A program made the translations under genes and the position numbers. DNA of 64,000 nt. Origin: an uncultured Acidimicrobiales bacterium. GTDB lineage: Bacteria > Actinomycetota > Acidimicrobiia > Acidimicrobiales > SHLQ01. The DNA lies in NCBI GenBank assembly GCA_938023735.1, contig CALJDK010000041.1, forward strand, positions 53 through 64,052. Reading direction: 5' to 3'. Shown here in pieces: positions 42,149 to 50,856 of the stretch. Position 1 is the first letter of the stretch, and every line of letters starts with the position of its first letter. Below the pieces are notes generated by a model. That model ran no database searches, was not told where the DNA came from, and was given only the letters and a program-made list of their open reading frames with translations.

Positions 42149-44397
42149 CCCATCAACGCTACCGGCGCAACAGTGACCGGCACGCCGTTAAGCACGCTGT
42201 TGCCCGACGGAACATCGGTGACCGCGTCGTCGATGAGCTCGTTGAGGTTGGCACCGATCTGCTCACGAGCGATGGACATTCGTGTTCCTTCGACGTTGTG
42301 CCCCCATCCGTGGGGCAAACAAACAACCCCGGGCATGAGGTCGTCGGTTAGCTCAACGGCGGTCTCCACCTCGCCGACCTGAGACGCAACCAGAACGGTC
42401 GAACCGTCATCGATCTTTCGAGAAGCCGCATCGTCGGGGTGCATATACAGCGCAGTGCGGCTCTTTCCCTTTACGAGCACGTTGATGTTATGCATCCACG
42501 AGTTGTTGGACCGGACATGCCGTCGCCCAATCAGCAGCAGCCCGTCATCGAAACCGCTGTCGCTCGATGCGGCGGCCTGCAGCGAAGCACGGAAGCGATC
42601 GAAATCGTCGACCACGAGTTGCGGAGCCATCTCGAGTTTTCCGCTGGCGGTCTTGAGCGCTCCGGGAAGACGTTCGACCAGCGGTCCGTAATCGATGCCG
42701 TGCGGGTTCTCCTTGAGCAGCGCAATGGAGAGGCCACCTGGGTTCGCCCCGAACCCATCACCAAACCGGCCGGTACGGAGCCGAAGATCGATGATGCGCT
42801 CGACCGCCGGAAGTTTGTTGAGCTCGGCCAGAATTTCATCTCGGTCACGGCCGCAGATAGGGCTGTGCTCGGTTTTGAGCTCACGATCGAGCACGCCGGT
42901 AACGAGCTGGGTATGAATGAACTCGGGGTCGGCGTCGACGCCTGCGCCACCAAGAATGAGCGCCAGCCGGGCCAGCGTTTCGGCCTCGTCGGGCCCGGAC
43001 GGTTCGAAGACCGCCTCGGAGAAGTTGGTGACAACCCGAATGGCGTTGCCCTCGAACGCGAAGTCGTAGTGGGGGCGTTCGAGCGGGTCGAGCGCCGGCA
43101 GAACGACGTTGGCATGGCGGGTGGTCTCGTTGAGATACATGTCAACCGAGACCATGAAATCGAGGTCGGCAAACGCCGCGTCGAGACGCTCGCTGTTGGG
43201 GAACGAACGAATCGGGTTGGTGGCCACGGTGATGAGTGCTCGGATCTGACCATCGCCTTCGGTTTCGATCTCCTCGGCCAGCGACGATGCCGGGAACTCG
43301 CCGTTCACTTCGTGCCGATCGCTTACTCGGGAGTTCCACCGACCGGTGGAGTACCCACGTCCTCCCGGTTCTTCGTGGTCGATTCGGATCGTTGCCGGGC
43401 TCGCAAACATTGCCCCGCCGGGAGAGTCGAGGTTGCCGGTGAGGATGTTGATGACATCGGCCGCCCACGAGGTAAGCGTGCCGAACTCGACGGTGTGGTT
43501 TCCCATACGGCCATAGACAACGGCGGTGGGTGCAGCGGCAAGCTCGTCGGCGATGCGGCGAATGGTGGTGGCGTCGATGCCGGTGGCAGTCGCGGCGGCG
43601 TCGATGTCGACCTCGGCGGCCAACTCGCGAACAATCTCGAAGCCATTGACGAACTCGCCAATCCGGCCCATATCGACCAGGTCACGATCGAAGAGCTCCT
43701 TGATGATGGCCAGCAGCAGGTGCAGATCGGCGCCCGGTTTGATGAAGTGGTGCTCTGATGCGATAGCTGCCGTTTCGGTTGAACGCGGGTCGATGACAAC
43801 GACCTTGCCACCCCGCCCGATAATGCCCTCGAGGCGACCCGGGAAGTCGGGTGCGGTAACTAAGCTGCCGTTTGATGCCACCGGGTTTGCACCCAACATG
43901 AGCAGATAGTCGGTGCGGTCGAGGTCGGGAAGCGGAAACATATTGGCGTTCCCCCACATGAGACCAGCCGTGAGGTGTTTCGGCATCTGATCGACGGTGG
44001 ATGCCGAAAAGATGTTCTTGGTACCAGCCGCATGAATGAGCGGACGGAGGTAGTAGGTGCCCACCAGATTGTGGGTGTTGGGGTTTCCGAGCACGATTCC
44101 CAACGACTCACGACCCCGCTGCTCGAGCAGCGGCATCAGGCCTTCCTGGATCGCGGAAAACGCCTCATCCCACGAGGCTTCGACAAGTTGGCCGTTTCGG
44201 CGAACCATCGGCGTGCGGAGGCGGTCGGGATCCTCATGCAGCTGCTTCAACGTCGACCCTTTGGGACAGATAAATCCCCTACTGAAAACATCGTCGCGGT
44301 CGCCGCGAATACGCACCACCTGATCGCCATCGGTGGTGATCTCAAGGCCACAGGTGGCCTCACAGAGTGGACAGGTACGAAAGTGCGTCTTGGACAT
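42145..44397 (-). CDS. molybdopterin (bis-MGD) oxidoreductase, formate dehydrogenase/nitrate reductase-like
   Basis: N-terminal 4Fe-4S motif CPLCEATCG...FICPKG. Its size and the C-terminal ...VCLPHGWGH... region are typical of the molybdopterin dinucleotide-binding family. An alternative start is at 44433. Confidence 0.88.
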   Translation of the reverse strand: MSKTHFRTCPLCEATCGLEITTDGDQVVRIRGDRDDVFSRGFICPKGSTLKQLHEDPDRLRTPMVRRNGQLVEASWDEAFSAIQEGLMPLLEQRGRESLGIVLGNPNTHNLVGTYYLRPLIHAAGTKNIFSASTVDQMPKHLTAGLMWGNANMFPLPDLDRTDYLLMLGANPVASNGSLVTAPDFPGRLEGIIGRGGKVVVIDPRSTETAAIASEHHFIKPGADLHLLLAIIKELFDRDLVDMGRIGEFVNGFEIVRELAAEVDIDAAATATGIDATTIRRIADELAAAPTAVVYGRMGNHTVEFGTLTSWAADVINILTGNLDSPGGAMFASPATIRIDHEEPGGRGYSTGRWNSRVSDRHEVNGEFPASSLAEEIETEGDGQIRALITVATNPIRSFPNSERLDAAFADLDFMVSVDMYLNETTRHANVVLPALDPLERPHYDFAFEGNAIRVVTNFSEAVFEPSGPDEAETLARLALILGGAGVDADPEFIHTQLVTGVLDRELKTEHSPICGRDRDEILAELNKLPAVERIIDLRLRTGRFGDGFGANPGGLSIALLKENPHGIDYGPLVERLPGALKTASGKLEMAPQLVVDDFDRFRASLQAAASSDSGFDDGLLLIGRRHVRSNNSWMHNINVLVKGKSRTALYMHPDDAASRKIDDGSTVLVASQVGEVETAVELTDDLMPGVVCLPHGWGHNVEGTRMSIAREQIGANLNELIDDAVTDVPSGNSVLNGVPVTVAPVALMG

Positions 44398-44440
44398 GAA
44401 CCACCCTGTCACAGTGGGTCGCGTCGGTGCCAAAACTTCC

Positions 44441-44472
44441 GGTAGCCGGCGCCCCTAGGGGCGCCGGCTACC
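44441..44472 (-). terminator. perfect 32-bp palindrome downstream of the surface-protein gene
   Basis: GGTAGCCGGCGCCCC-TA-GGGGCGCCGGCTACC read from the sequence. On the minus strand it is followed by GGAAGTTTTGG. Confidence 0.6.
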
Positions 44473-44519
44473 AGGTTCATCTCAGAAGTTCAGGAATACA
44501 GCCTTTCGGCAGTACTCGT

Positions 44520-45419
44520 TTAGCTGTCCGAGCCCTCGGGCTTACGAGCTTGAAGCATTACTGCACCGAGCACGATGAGCACCGTTGCGGCACCAGCAAG
44601 TGGGCCAGCGGTGCTACCGGTGAAGGCCAGCGAACCGGCTGGGTTGGTTCCGCCGGTGGTTCCACCATTGGTTCCACCGGTGCCGTTGCCACCGCTCGGA
44701 TCAACGTCGGCAACTCGCACAACAAGCGAGGAGCTGTTGGACGAACCGTCGGCGCTCGTTCCGGCAGCAGTGACCGTGTGGCGACCGGGTGAGGTCGTGA
44801 CGGGAACAGCGATCGAAGCGTTGACGTCTCCCGAAGCGGGGACGATGACCGTTTCGACGACGACACCATCAAGGGTGATGGTGAGGGTCGAGCCTGGGAG
44901 AAGGCCGGTACGGGTGACGTTGATGGTGTCGCCGACCGAAACCACTGGGGTTCCATCGGTGTCTACCGAGTCGGGGCTAGGGACCGAGATCGATCCGCTG
45001 CCTTCGCCTTCGCCACCGCCACCGCCACCGGTGCTACCGGCGTCGATGCGTACTGCGGTGCTTGCACCACAGGCGTTTCCGTTGGCATCCGAACCAGACG
45101 CAACGATGGTGTAGGTACCATCGCCGAGACCAGCGGGAATCTGGAAGGTTCCAGCGAGTACACCCGAAGCAGGAACGGTGAAGCTAGCAACGGTGAGTCC
45201 ACCGACGGTAACGGTCACGGTCGAGCCGGGAAGCATGTTGGACAATGACACTGCGGCGTCGCCGCCAGCTGCGACAACGGCGGTGCCGTCGGCGTCGATG
45301 CTGGCCGGATTGGTAACGGATACAGATCCACAACCACTTCCGGGGTCATATTGCGCTGCAGCCGGACCGGCAACAGCAAGAAGCGCTACGAACGCCATGA
45401 TGAGGATTCTACGAATCAT
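44520..45419 (-). CDS. sortase-anchored (LAFTG) cell-surface protein with repeated Ig-like domains
   Basis: Signal peptide MIRRILIMAFVALLAVAGPAAAQ. Repeated segments follow the pattern GSTVTVTVGG..VA.FTVPASG....F.IP. The C-terminal sorting signal is LAFTG, then a hydrophobic helix, then RK. The longest ORF starts at 45464. Confidence 0.7.
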   Translation of the reverse strand: MIRRILIMAFVALLAVAGPAAAQYDPGSGCGSVSVTNPASIDADGTAVVAAGGDAAVSLSNMLPGSTVTVTVGGLTVASFTVPASGVLAGTFQIPAGLGDGTYTIVASGSDANGNACGASTAVRIDAGSTGGGGGGEGEGSGSISVPSPDSVDTDGTPVVSVGDTINVTRTGLLPGSTLTITLDGVVVETVIVPASGDVNASIAVPVTTSPGRHTVTAAGTSADGSSNSSSLVVRVADVDPSGGNGTGGTNGGTTGGTNPAGSLAFTGSTAGPLAGAATVLIVLGAVMLQARKPEGSDS

Positions 45420-45548
45420 GATTTTTTGGGACTCCTGAGAGAATTGAACTATGACCAGTTCCAAATCGGATCTTCCGAACGACCTTTGAGGACTTCGAAC
45501 AGCCTTTGAGTCAAAAGACCCAGATCGACGTTTTGCCTAGCCAGACCG

Positions 45549-47975
45549 CTAGTTGGGCCAGATAAGCCGGGTCGATTCGGTCAACGAGAGCTCTTGTTCG
45601 ATGCCGTCAACCGTTACCTCGTAGCTGTCGGTGGTGACGGTTGGTTGGTGATGCACCCAGAGATCGTGCTGGGTTGGATCCGAGTCGACCATCCCAACAC
45701 CGAACCTTCCGGCCAGTTCGAACTCGACGGTGCGTGTCTCGCCTTGGGGAACGACGACGAAGATTTCGTGGCGCCAGAGCCCGTACTCGTAGTAGCTGTC
45801 GACCGTTGTGAGATTCCCATCGATGCTTGAGGTAGCAACATTCAACGGCGAATGAACGATGAGAAGGAGCCGGTTGGTGGCCGGGTCAAGGTTCCACCGG
45901 TTGCTGGTGACGTAGTCAGAGAGACCGTCTGGGGCCCGGTTTTCGAGGCCAACCTGCAACACCGCGGAGACACTCTCATCAGCATTCCCGGCGTCAGTGT
46001 TCTCGGTGGTACCGCTCGGATTGGTCGTGACCTCGTAGGAAACTGTGCGGTGGAGGTACGGATCGAGCTTGTTGGGTCCGCCGTTGGCATGCATGACCGA
46101 AAGGAAATCGTCAAAGAATTCTTGGCGGAACCGCTGGGTCAGACCGAGGTCGGTTAGCACTGCGGTATCGGATGCCTCAAAGGTGACCATTCGAAGCCGC
46201 CCCTGGGAAACCATCGGCGACATCGTGTCGATGACTTCGCCCATCGATGGCAACCCTCCAAACTGCAGCTGTCGGAAAACCTCGGCGGCGACGACGTCGA
46301 GCACACTGGTTCGAGCCGAGCGGTCATCGATCAGTGCATATTGATCGACGAGGAGAAACTGCGGCAGCGTCGTGGCATCGAGCACGAGTCCCAAGGCATC
46401 GATGGTTATCGGTCCGGTTAGCTCGGTGAGCGCACCCAAGGCATAGGGGTCGATGTACACAACACCATCGATTTCCGACCCACCCATCGCTGGGAACACC
46501 TCGCGCAACGTGGTGGCTGCAACGGTCAGGTCGGGTGTGCCGGTGTAGTTCTGCGCGTACGTCCACGGCTCGTACTGCGCGAAGCGATCGGGAACGACAC
46601 CATCGATGGCGGGTGCTTCACTAGCCTTGAGATCGGTGGAGCGGCCAGATTGCACCAGCTCGATCTGGCCGTCGTCGACCCGGACGACGGCGAATCCGCC
46701 GGTGAAGCCACCGAGCTCGCGGGTCTCGGTTGGGTTCGCGATGAGTACCAGGTAGTTCCGCGGACTGCCGGCTCCCAGCAACTTGGGCAGCACCTCGAGG
46801 CGGGGCAACTGCTCATCGATTTGTTCGATTGCGTCGCGGGATCTCGCTGCTCCCGACGCGAGTTCGTCACGAAGCTGCGGCAGAAGCCAGGGACCCCGCT
46901 GGGCTTCGAATACCCTGGCGCTGTCGTCGAGGACCTGACGAAATTCTCGGGCGTTTCCGGCCGCTTCGTCGATGGCCAGAACATCGATGCCACCCGACGT
47001 TGACCGCAGCGCCGACGCATCGACCGAGTCGACGGCCCGAGCCGCCGCGATCGTCGAGCGCTCAAGCGCATCGAGGGATTCGACCAGGGCCTGATAGTTC
47101 TGCGCCACCACGGGAACAAGGCGTCCGGTTCCGGCCCAGGTCGACTCGATCGACTGGCGTGCGGCCACCAGACTTCGGCGGGCCAAGATCACATCGGTCG
47201 AGGCTTCTTCAATCGAGCGAACGTCGGGCGCGGCAAGCCCGTTCTCGAGCCGGACGGCGGCGCTATCGAGGTCGGACTTGGCGCCGTACAGCACCGTGGC
47301 CAAATTGACCGCCCCAAAGAGCACTACAAACAGCAAGCTCATCGTGACGATTTCGAGGGCACCACGAACCCGGCCATGGGTCGATCGAATCGCTGACACG
47401 ACAAGAACCACGGTGGCGAGTCCGGCAGCGACCGCAGACAGCCGAGGTATGCCGTAGTCGCTCAGGTGCAAATAGCAAACGACGAGCAGCGGTCCGAGCG
47501 CACTACCGCCCACAGAGATGAGGCCGTTCTGGCCAGCGAAACGAGTGCGTGACGTGCGCACCGATGTCATCAGCACCAGCAGCGCCGCTACCGCACCGGC
47601 GGCCAGCCAGCCGCCGGGCAGCAATACACAGGGAACGAGGGCAAGTACTCGGCCCAGGCGGCCACAAAACCGAGCGCACGCCGCGACCATGGCACCGAAC
47701 AACAGCAGATACGTGGTGTCGATGGTGTCGATACCGGTTGGCTGTCCGCCCAGCCACAACGAGAGTCCGGCGCCGGCGAGTGCGCCGAGCGCCACGCCAA
47801 TGAGTCCGTTTCGAGACTTCTTCGACTGTCCCTCGACAGGAAGATCTTCAGCCAGATCGCGGCTCTCGCCCAACGAATAGCCGACCCACGTATCGGGTTC
47901 GACCTCGGTCCGGCTGGCTGGCCGCTCGATGATCTGAGGTTCATCGAGATCGCGTATCGGATTTGTCGGGAGCAT
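45549..47975 (-). CDS. DUF4012-domain membrane protein
   Basis: N-terminal TM helices, then a large extracytoplasmic region containing NYLVLIANPTETRELGGFTGGFAVVRVDDG, which is reminiscent of DUF4012. It lies adjacent to polysaccharide genes. Confidence 0.7.
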   Translation of the reverse strand: MLPTNPIRDLDEPQIIERPASRTEVEPDTWVGYSLGESRDLAEDLPVEGQSKKSRNGLIGVALGALAGAGLSLWLGGQPTGIDTIDTTYLLLFGAMVAACARFCGRLGRVLALVPCVLLPGGWLAAGAVAALLVLMTSVRTSRTRFAGQNGLISVGGSALGPLLVVCYLHLSDYGIPRLSAVAAGLATVVLVVSAIRSTHGRVRGALEIVTMSLLFVVLFGAVNLATVLYGAKSDLDSAAVRLENGLAAPDVRSIEEASTDVILARRSLVAARQSIESTWAGTGRLVPVVAQNYQALVESLDALERSTIAAARAVDSVDASALRSTSGGIDVLAIDEAAGNAREFRQVLDDSARVFEAQRGPWLLPQLRDELASGAARSRDAIEQIDEQLPRLEVLPKLLGAGSPRNYLVLIANPTETRELGGFTGGFAVVRVDDGQIELVQSGRSTDLKASEAPAIDGVVPDRFAQYEPWTYAQNYTGTPDLTVAATTLREVFPAMGGSEIDGVVYIDPYALGALTELTGPITIDALGLVLDATTLPQFLLVDQYALIDDRSARTSVLDVVAAEVFRQLQFGGLPSMGEVIDTMSPMVSQGRLRMVTFEASDTAVLTDLGLTQRFRQEFFDDFLSVMHANGGPNKLDPYLHRTVSYEVTTNPSGTTENTDAGNADESVSAVLQVGLENRAPDGLSDYVTSNRWNLDPATNRLLLIVHSPLNVATSSIDGNLTTVDSYYEYGLWRHEIFVVVPQGETRTVEFELAGRFGVGMVDSDPTQHDLWVHHQPTVTTDSYEVTVDGIEQELSLTESTRLIWPN

Positions 47976-48056
47976 GCGCTAGTCCAATCGGCCCAAATTG
48001 CCGGTCCATGAGACCTAATCCTCAGGTCGTGGCGCGATACGCCGATCGGATCTGCG

Positions 48057-48866
48057 ATGAGTGAAGCAAGACTGCGAACCACCGGCGTTTCTCTTGCGCC
48101 GAGCGCAACGCGGGTTCCACGCGATATTCAGGTTGTCGACCTCGATGTCGATCTTGATCTCGGCACAGATCGCACCCTTGACCAGACTGCCAACGACACT
48201 GCTGCCGATCTCGGTGCCGCAGCACCGTGGACCCCTCCCCTGAGTTGGCGATACTCCGGTTGGCGCATCGCCGCCAAGCGAAGCATCGACATCGTTGGCG
48301 GGTCGCTCCTCATCGTGGCTCTCCTACCAGTACTGATCATCGTCGCTCTCGCGATCCGGCTGACATCTCGAGGCTCGGCCCTCTTTTCTCAGGAACGAAT
48401 TGGCATCGAAGGACGATCGTTCCGGATGCTGAAGTTCCGCACCATGCATAGCGACGCCGACAAGCGACTTCGGGCCGAGCCCGAACTTTGGGCAACCTAT
48501 GTGGCGAACGACTACAAGCTTCCGCCCGAAGCCGATCCTCGCCTTACGCCGATTGGCAATCTTCTTCGAAAGACCAGCCTCGACGAACTCCCGCAGCTCT
48601 TCAATGTGGTGCATGGTTCGATGAGCCTGGTTGGCCCCCGTCCCGTCGTCGTTCCCGAATACGACCACTACCGCCGCACCGACTCCTACCAGTGGCTCAA
48701 ACCCGGCGCCACCGGACCTTGGCAGGTCAGCGGCCGCTGCGCAGTGAGCTACCCCGAACGCAGCCACATCGTCGACGACTACGCCGAGAACTGGAGTCTC
48801 GCCGCCGACGCAAAGATTCTCCTCAAGACGATCCCCACCGTCCTCGGTCGCCGAGGCGCGCACTAG
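48057..48866 (+). CDS. undecaprenyl-phosphate sugar phosphotransferase (bacterial sugar transferase, WbaP/EpsL-like)
   Basis: KR..D......L.....P......A.....S.G...F.Q.R.G..G..F...[23 protein letters not shown] and GITG.WQV-like ([10 protein letters not shown]). Confidence 0.88.
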   Translation: MSEARLRTTGVSLAPSATRVPRDIQVVDLDVDLDLGTDRTLDQTANDTAADLGAAAPWTPPLSWRYSGWRIAAKRSIDIVGGSLLIVALLPVLIIVALAIRLTSRGSALFSQERIGIEGRSFRMLKFRTMHSDADKRLRAEPELWATYVANDYKLPPEADPRLTPIGNLLRKTSLDELPQLFNVVHGSMSLVGPRPVVVPEYDHYRRTDSYQWLKPGATGPWQVSGRCAVSYPERSHIVDDYAENWSLAADAKILLKTIPTVLGRRGAH

Positions 48867-49046
48867 ATCTCGCCGTTCCCCGGCCACGGAGGCCGCCATT
48901 TCCCGGCTATGTACGCCGCCGGTCCACGGCTCTGGGGTGGGTAAAACAACCCAGGGGCTTAAGTCCTTTCGGACTATGCCGATTGATACCCATCGTTGGA
49001 AATCCGGCAGGTGCCGGGGCGACTCCCCAGGAGGGACACCCACCCC

Positions 49047-50795
49047 ATGTTCTCGTTCGAAGAACGAGAGATCGATCTTGATCTCCGTAGCTATTTGGCC
49101 ATTCTGCGACGTCACCGTCTGCAGGTTTTGGCCTGCACCCTGCTGACTCTTTTGGCCGCTGGTGCAATCACTCTTGCGCAGAGCAACCGCTATGAAGCCA
49201 CCGCTGATCTTCTGGTCGAAAGCCGCTCGACCGGCGACATCTTCGCCACATCGAATGGTGGCCGACAAGACGCCGACCGCGAGCTCGACAACCAGGTCGA
49301 GTTTCTCAAGAGCACCACGGTCTTTAACGCCGTAACCGCCGAGCTCGGTGAAGAACCTGAAGTATCGGTGACTACCTCCAACGATGGCGACGTCATTTCG
49401 GTTACCGCTAGTGCCGGCGAGCCCGAACGTGCCGCCGAAATCGCCAACGTGTACGCCACCACGTACCTCGACCTTCGCAAAGACCGCATCGTCGACGACT
49501 ACGCCCAAACGTCGGCCGCTGTGCAGTCACAGATTTCGGCCATCGATAGCGAGCTTCGTGCCCTCGATGCGGCCCACGAGGAAGAGCTGATCGAGATCGA
49601 CGACAGCATCGCGGATGAGCGACGCGCTGAAGATGTGGATCGGGCCCTGGTGTCGAGTCTTGAACAACAACGATCCGAACTCGTTCGTCGCCAAACCGAA
49701 CAACGGGCGCCGCTCATCAGTCAGCGCGCCGTGTATACCCAGGGCCTCACGACCCTGCAACTCAACACCGACCTTGCCAGCGGCGGAATCGCACAGGTGA
49801 TTTCGGGCGCCGAGGAACCGGAAGGGCCAGCGAGCCCCCGACCCGTACGCAACCTCATTCTTGGTCTTCTGGCCGGTCTGCTCCTCGGTGTCGGTGCAGC
49901 GTTCGCCCTGGAGCAACTCGACGACGCCGTGGTGACTCCCGAAGATCTGGGCCGGGCCACCGGCCAGCTGCCGATCCTTGCCACCATCCCACAATCCGGC
50001 AAAATTCGATTCTGGAACCGCAACAAACGCCAGGCCGTCGAACGTACGCCAGCCGTTACCGAAGCGTTTCGTTCGTTCCGAACCTCATTGCAGTTTGCGG
50101 CCCTCGATAGCCCGCTTCGAGTCGTGCAGGTCACCAGTGCGTTGCCCGGCGAGGGAAAGAGTGTCACCACCGCCAACCTTGGTCGCCTTCTGGCCGAGGC
50201 CGGGAAGCGAATCTGCATCATCGATACCGACCTTCGTCGATCCTCGATCCATAAGTACCTCGATGTAGAACCGAAAAGCGGCTACCCCGAGTACCTCCTC
50301 GGTAAGAAGCCGCTCAACGAGATCTTCGTTCGGGTCGACCCCGAACAGCAGCTCTATCTGTTGCCCGCAGGAAACACTCCCCCAGACCCCGCCCAGCTGC
50401 TGAGTACTCGAGCCATGGCCGAACTCATCAACAAGCTGGCCGGAATGTTCGATCTGGTTCTGGTTGATTCACCTCCGGTTCGCCCAGTGAGTGATCCACT
50501 AATCGTGTCGAAGCTGGTTGACGGCGTTGTGGTGGTCGCCCGGTCTGGCGTCACGAAACGAGAAGAGATCCACGAGTCGATCAACTCGCTGCAACGAGTC
50601 GGCGCCCCGCTACTCGGCACCGTTCTCAACGGCCACACCGCACCGAATGAGTACAAGCGCTCCAGCTACTACCTGGACGAAAGCGACAGCGACCTTGACC
50701 TGCGGGAGCTGATTCCGGCCCGGGCAGAAACCGCCGACGCCACCGGAGCAATCGAGCTTCGCGACTCGGCTGCCCCAAAGCACCCAAAGAACTAG
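49047..50795 (+). CDS. polysaccharide co-polymerase / tyrosine autokinase (Wzz + BY-kinase)
   Basis: N-terminal Wzz-like region with 2 TM helices and a coiled coil. The C-terminal P-loop VTSALPGEGKSVTTANL, then IIDTDLRR and VLVDSPP. The longest ORF starts at 48996. Confidence 0.85.
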   Translation: MFSFEEREIDLDLRSYLAILRRHRLQVLACTLLTLLAAGAITLAQSNRYEATADLLVESRSTGDIFATSNGGRQDADRELDNQVEFLKSTTVFNAVTAELGEEPEVSVTTSNDGDVISVTASAGEPERAAEIANVYATTYLDLRKDRIVDDYAQTSAAVQSQISAIDSELRALDAAHEEELIEIDDSIADERRAEDVDRALVSSLEQQRSELVRRQTEQRAPLISQRAVYTQGLTTLQLNTDLASGGIAQVISGAEEPEGPASPRPVRNLILGLLAGLLLGVGAAFALEQLDDAVVTPEDLGRATGQLPILATIPQSGKIRFWNRNKRQAVERTPAVTEAFRSFRTSLQFAALDSPLRVVQVTSALPGEGKSVTTANLGRLLAEAGKRICIIDTDLRRSSIHKYLDVEPKSGYPEYLLGKKPLNEIFVRVDPEQQLYLLPAGNTPPDPAQLLSTRAMAELINKLAGMFDLVLVDSPPVRPVSDPLIVSKLVDGVVVVARSGVTKREEIHESINSLQRVGAPLLGTVLNGHTAPNEYKRSSYYLDESDSDLDLRELIPARAETADATGAIELRDSAAPKHPKN

Positions 50796-50856
50796 CACCT
50801 GCGCTCCTTGGCGCGAAGGCACGCCGGTCGAAGCTGCGAAGTAGCCTCGGCCACCT

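Noticed and set aside
42439-43758. 439-aa plus-strand ORF
   Set aside because: It is antisense to the molybdopterin oxidoreductase gene.
48324-49508. 394-aa minus-strand ORF
   Set aside because: It is antisense to the sugar transferase and BY-kinase genes, which carry strong motifs.
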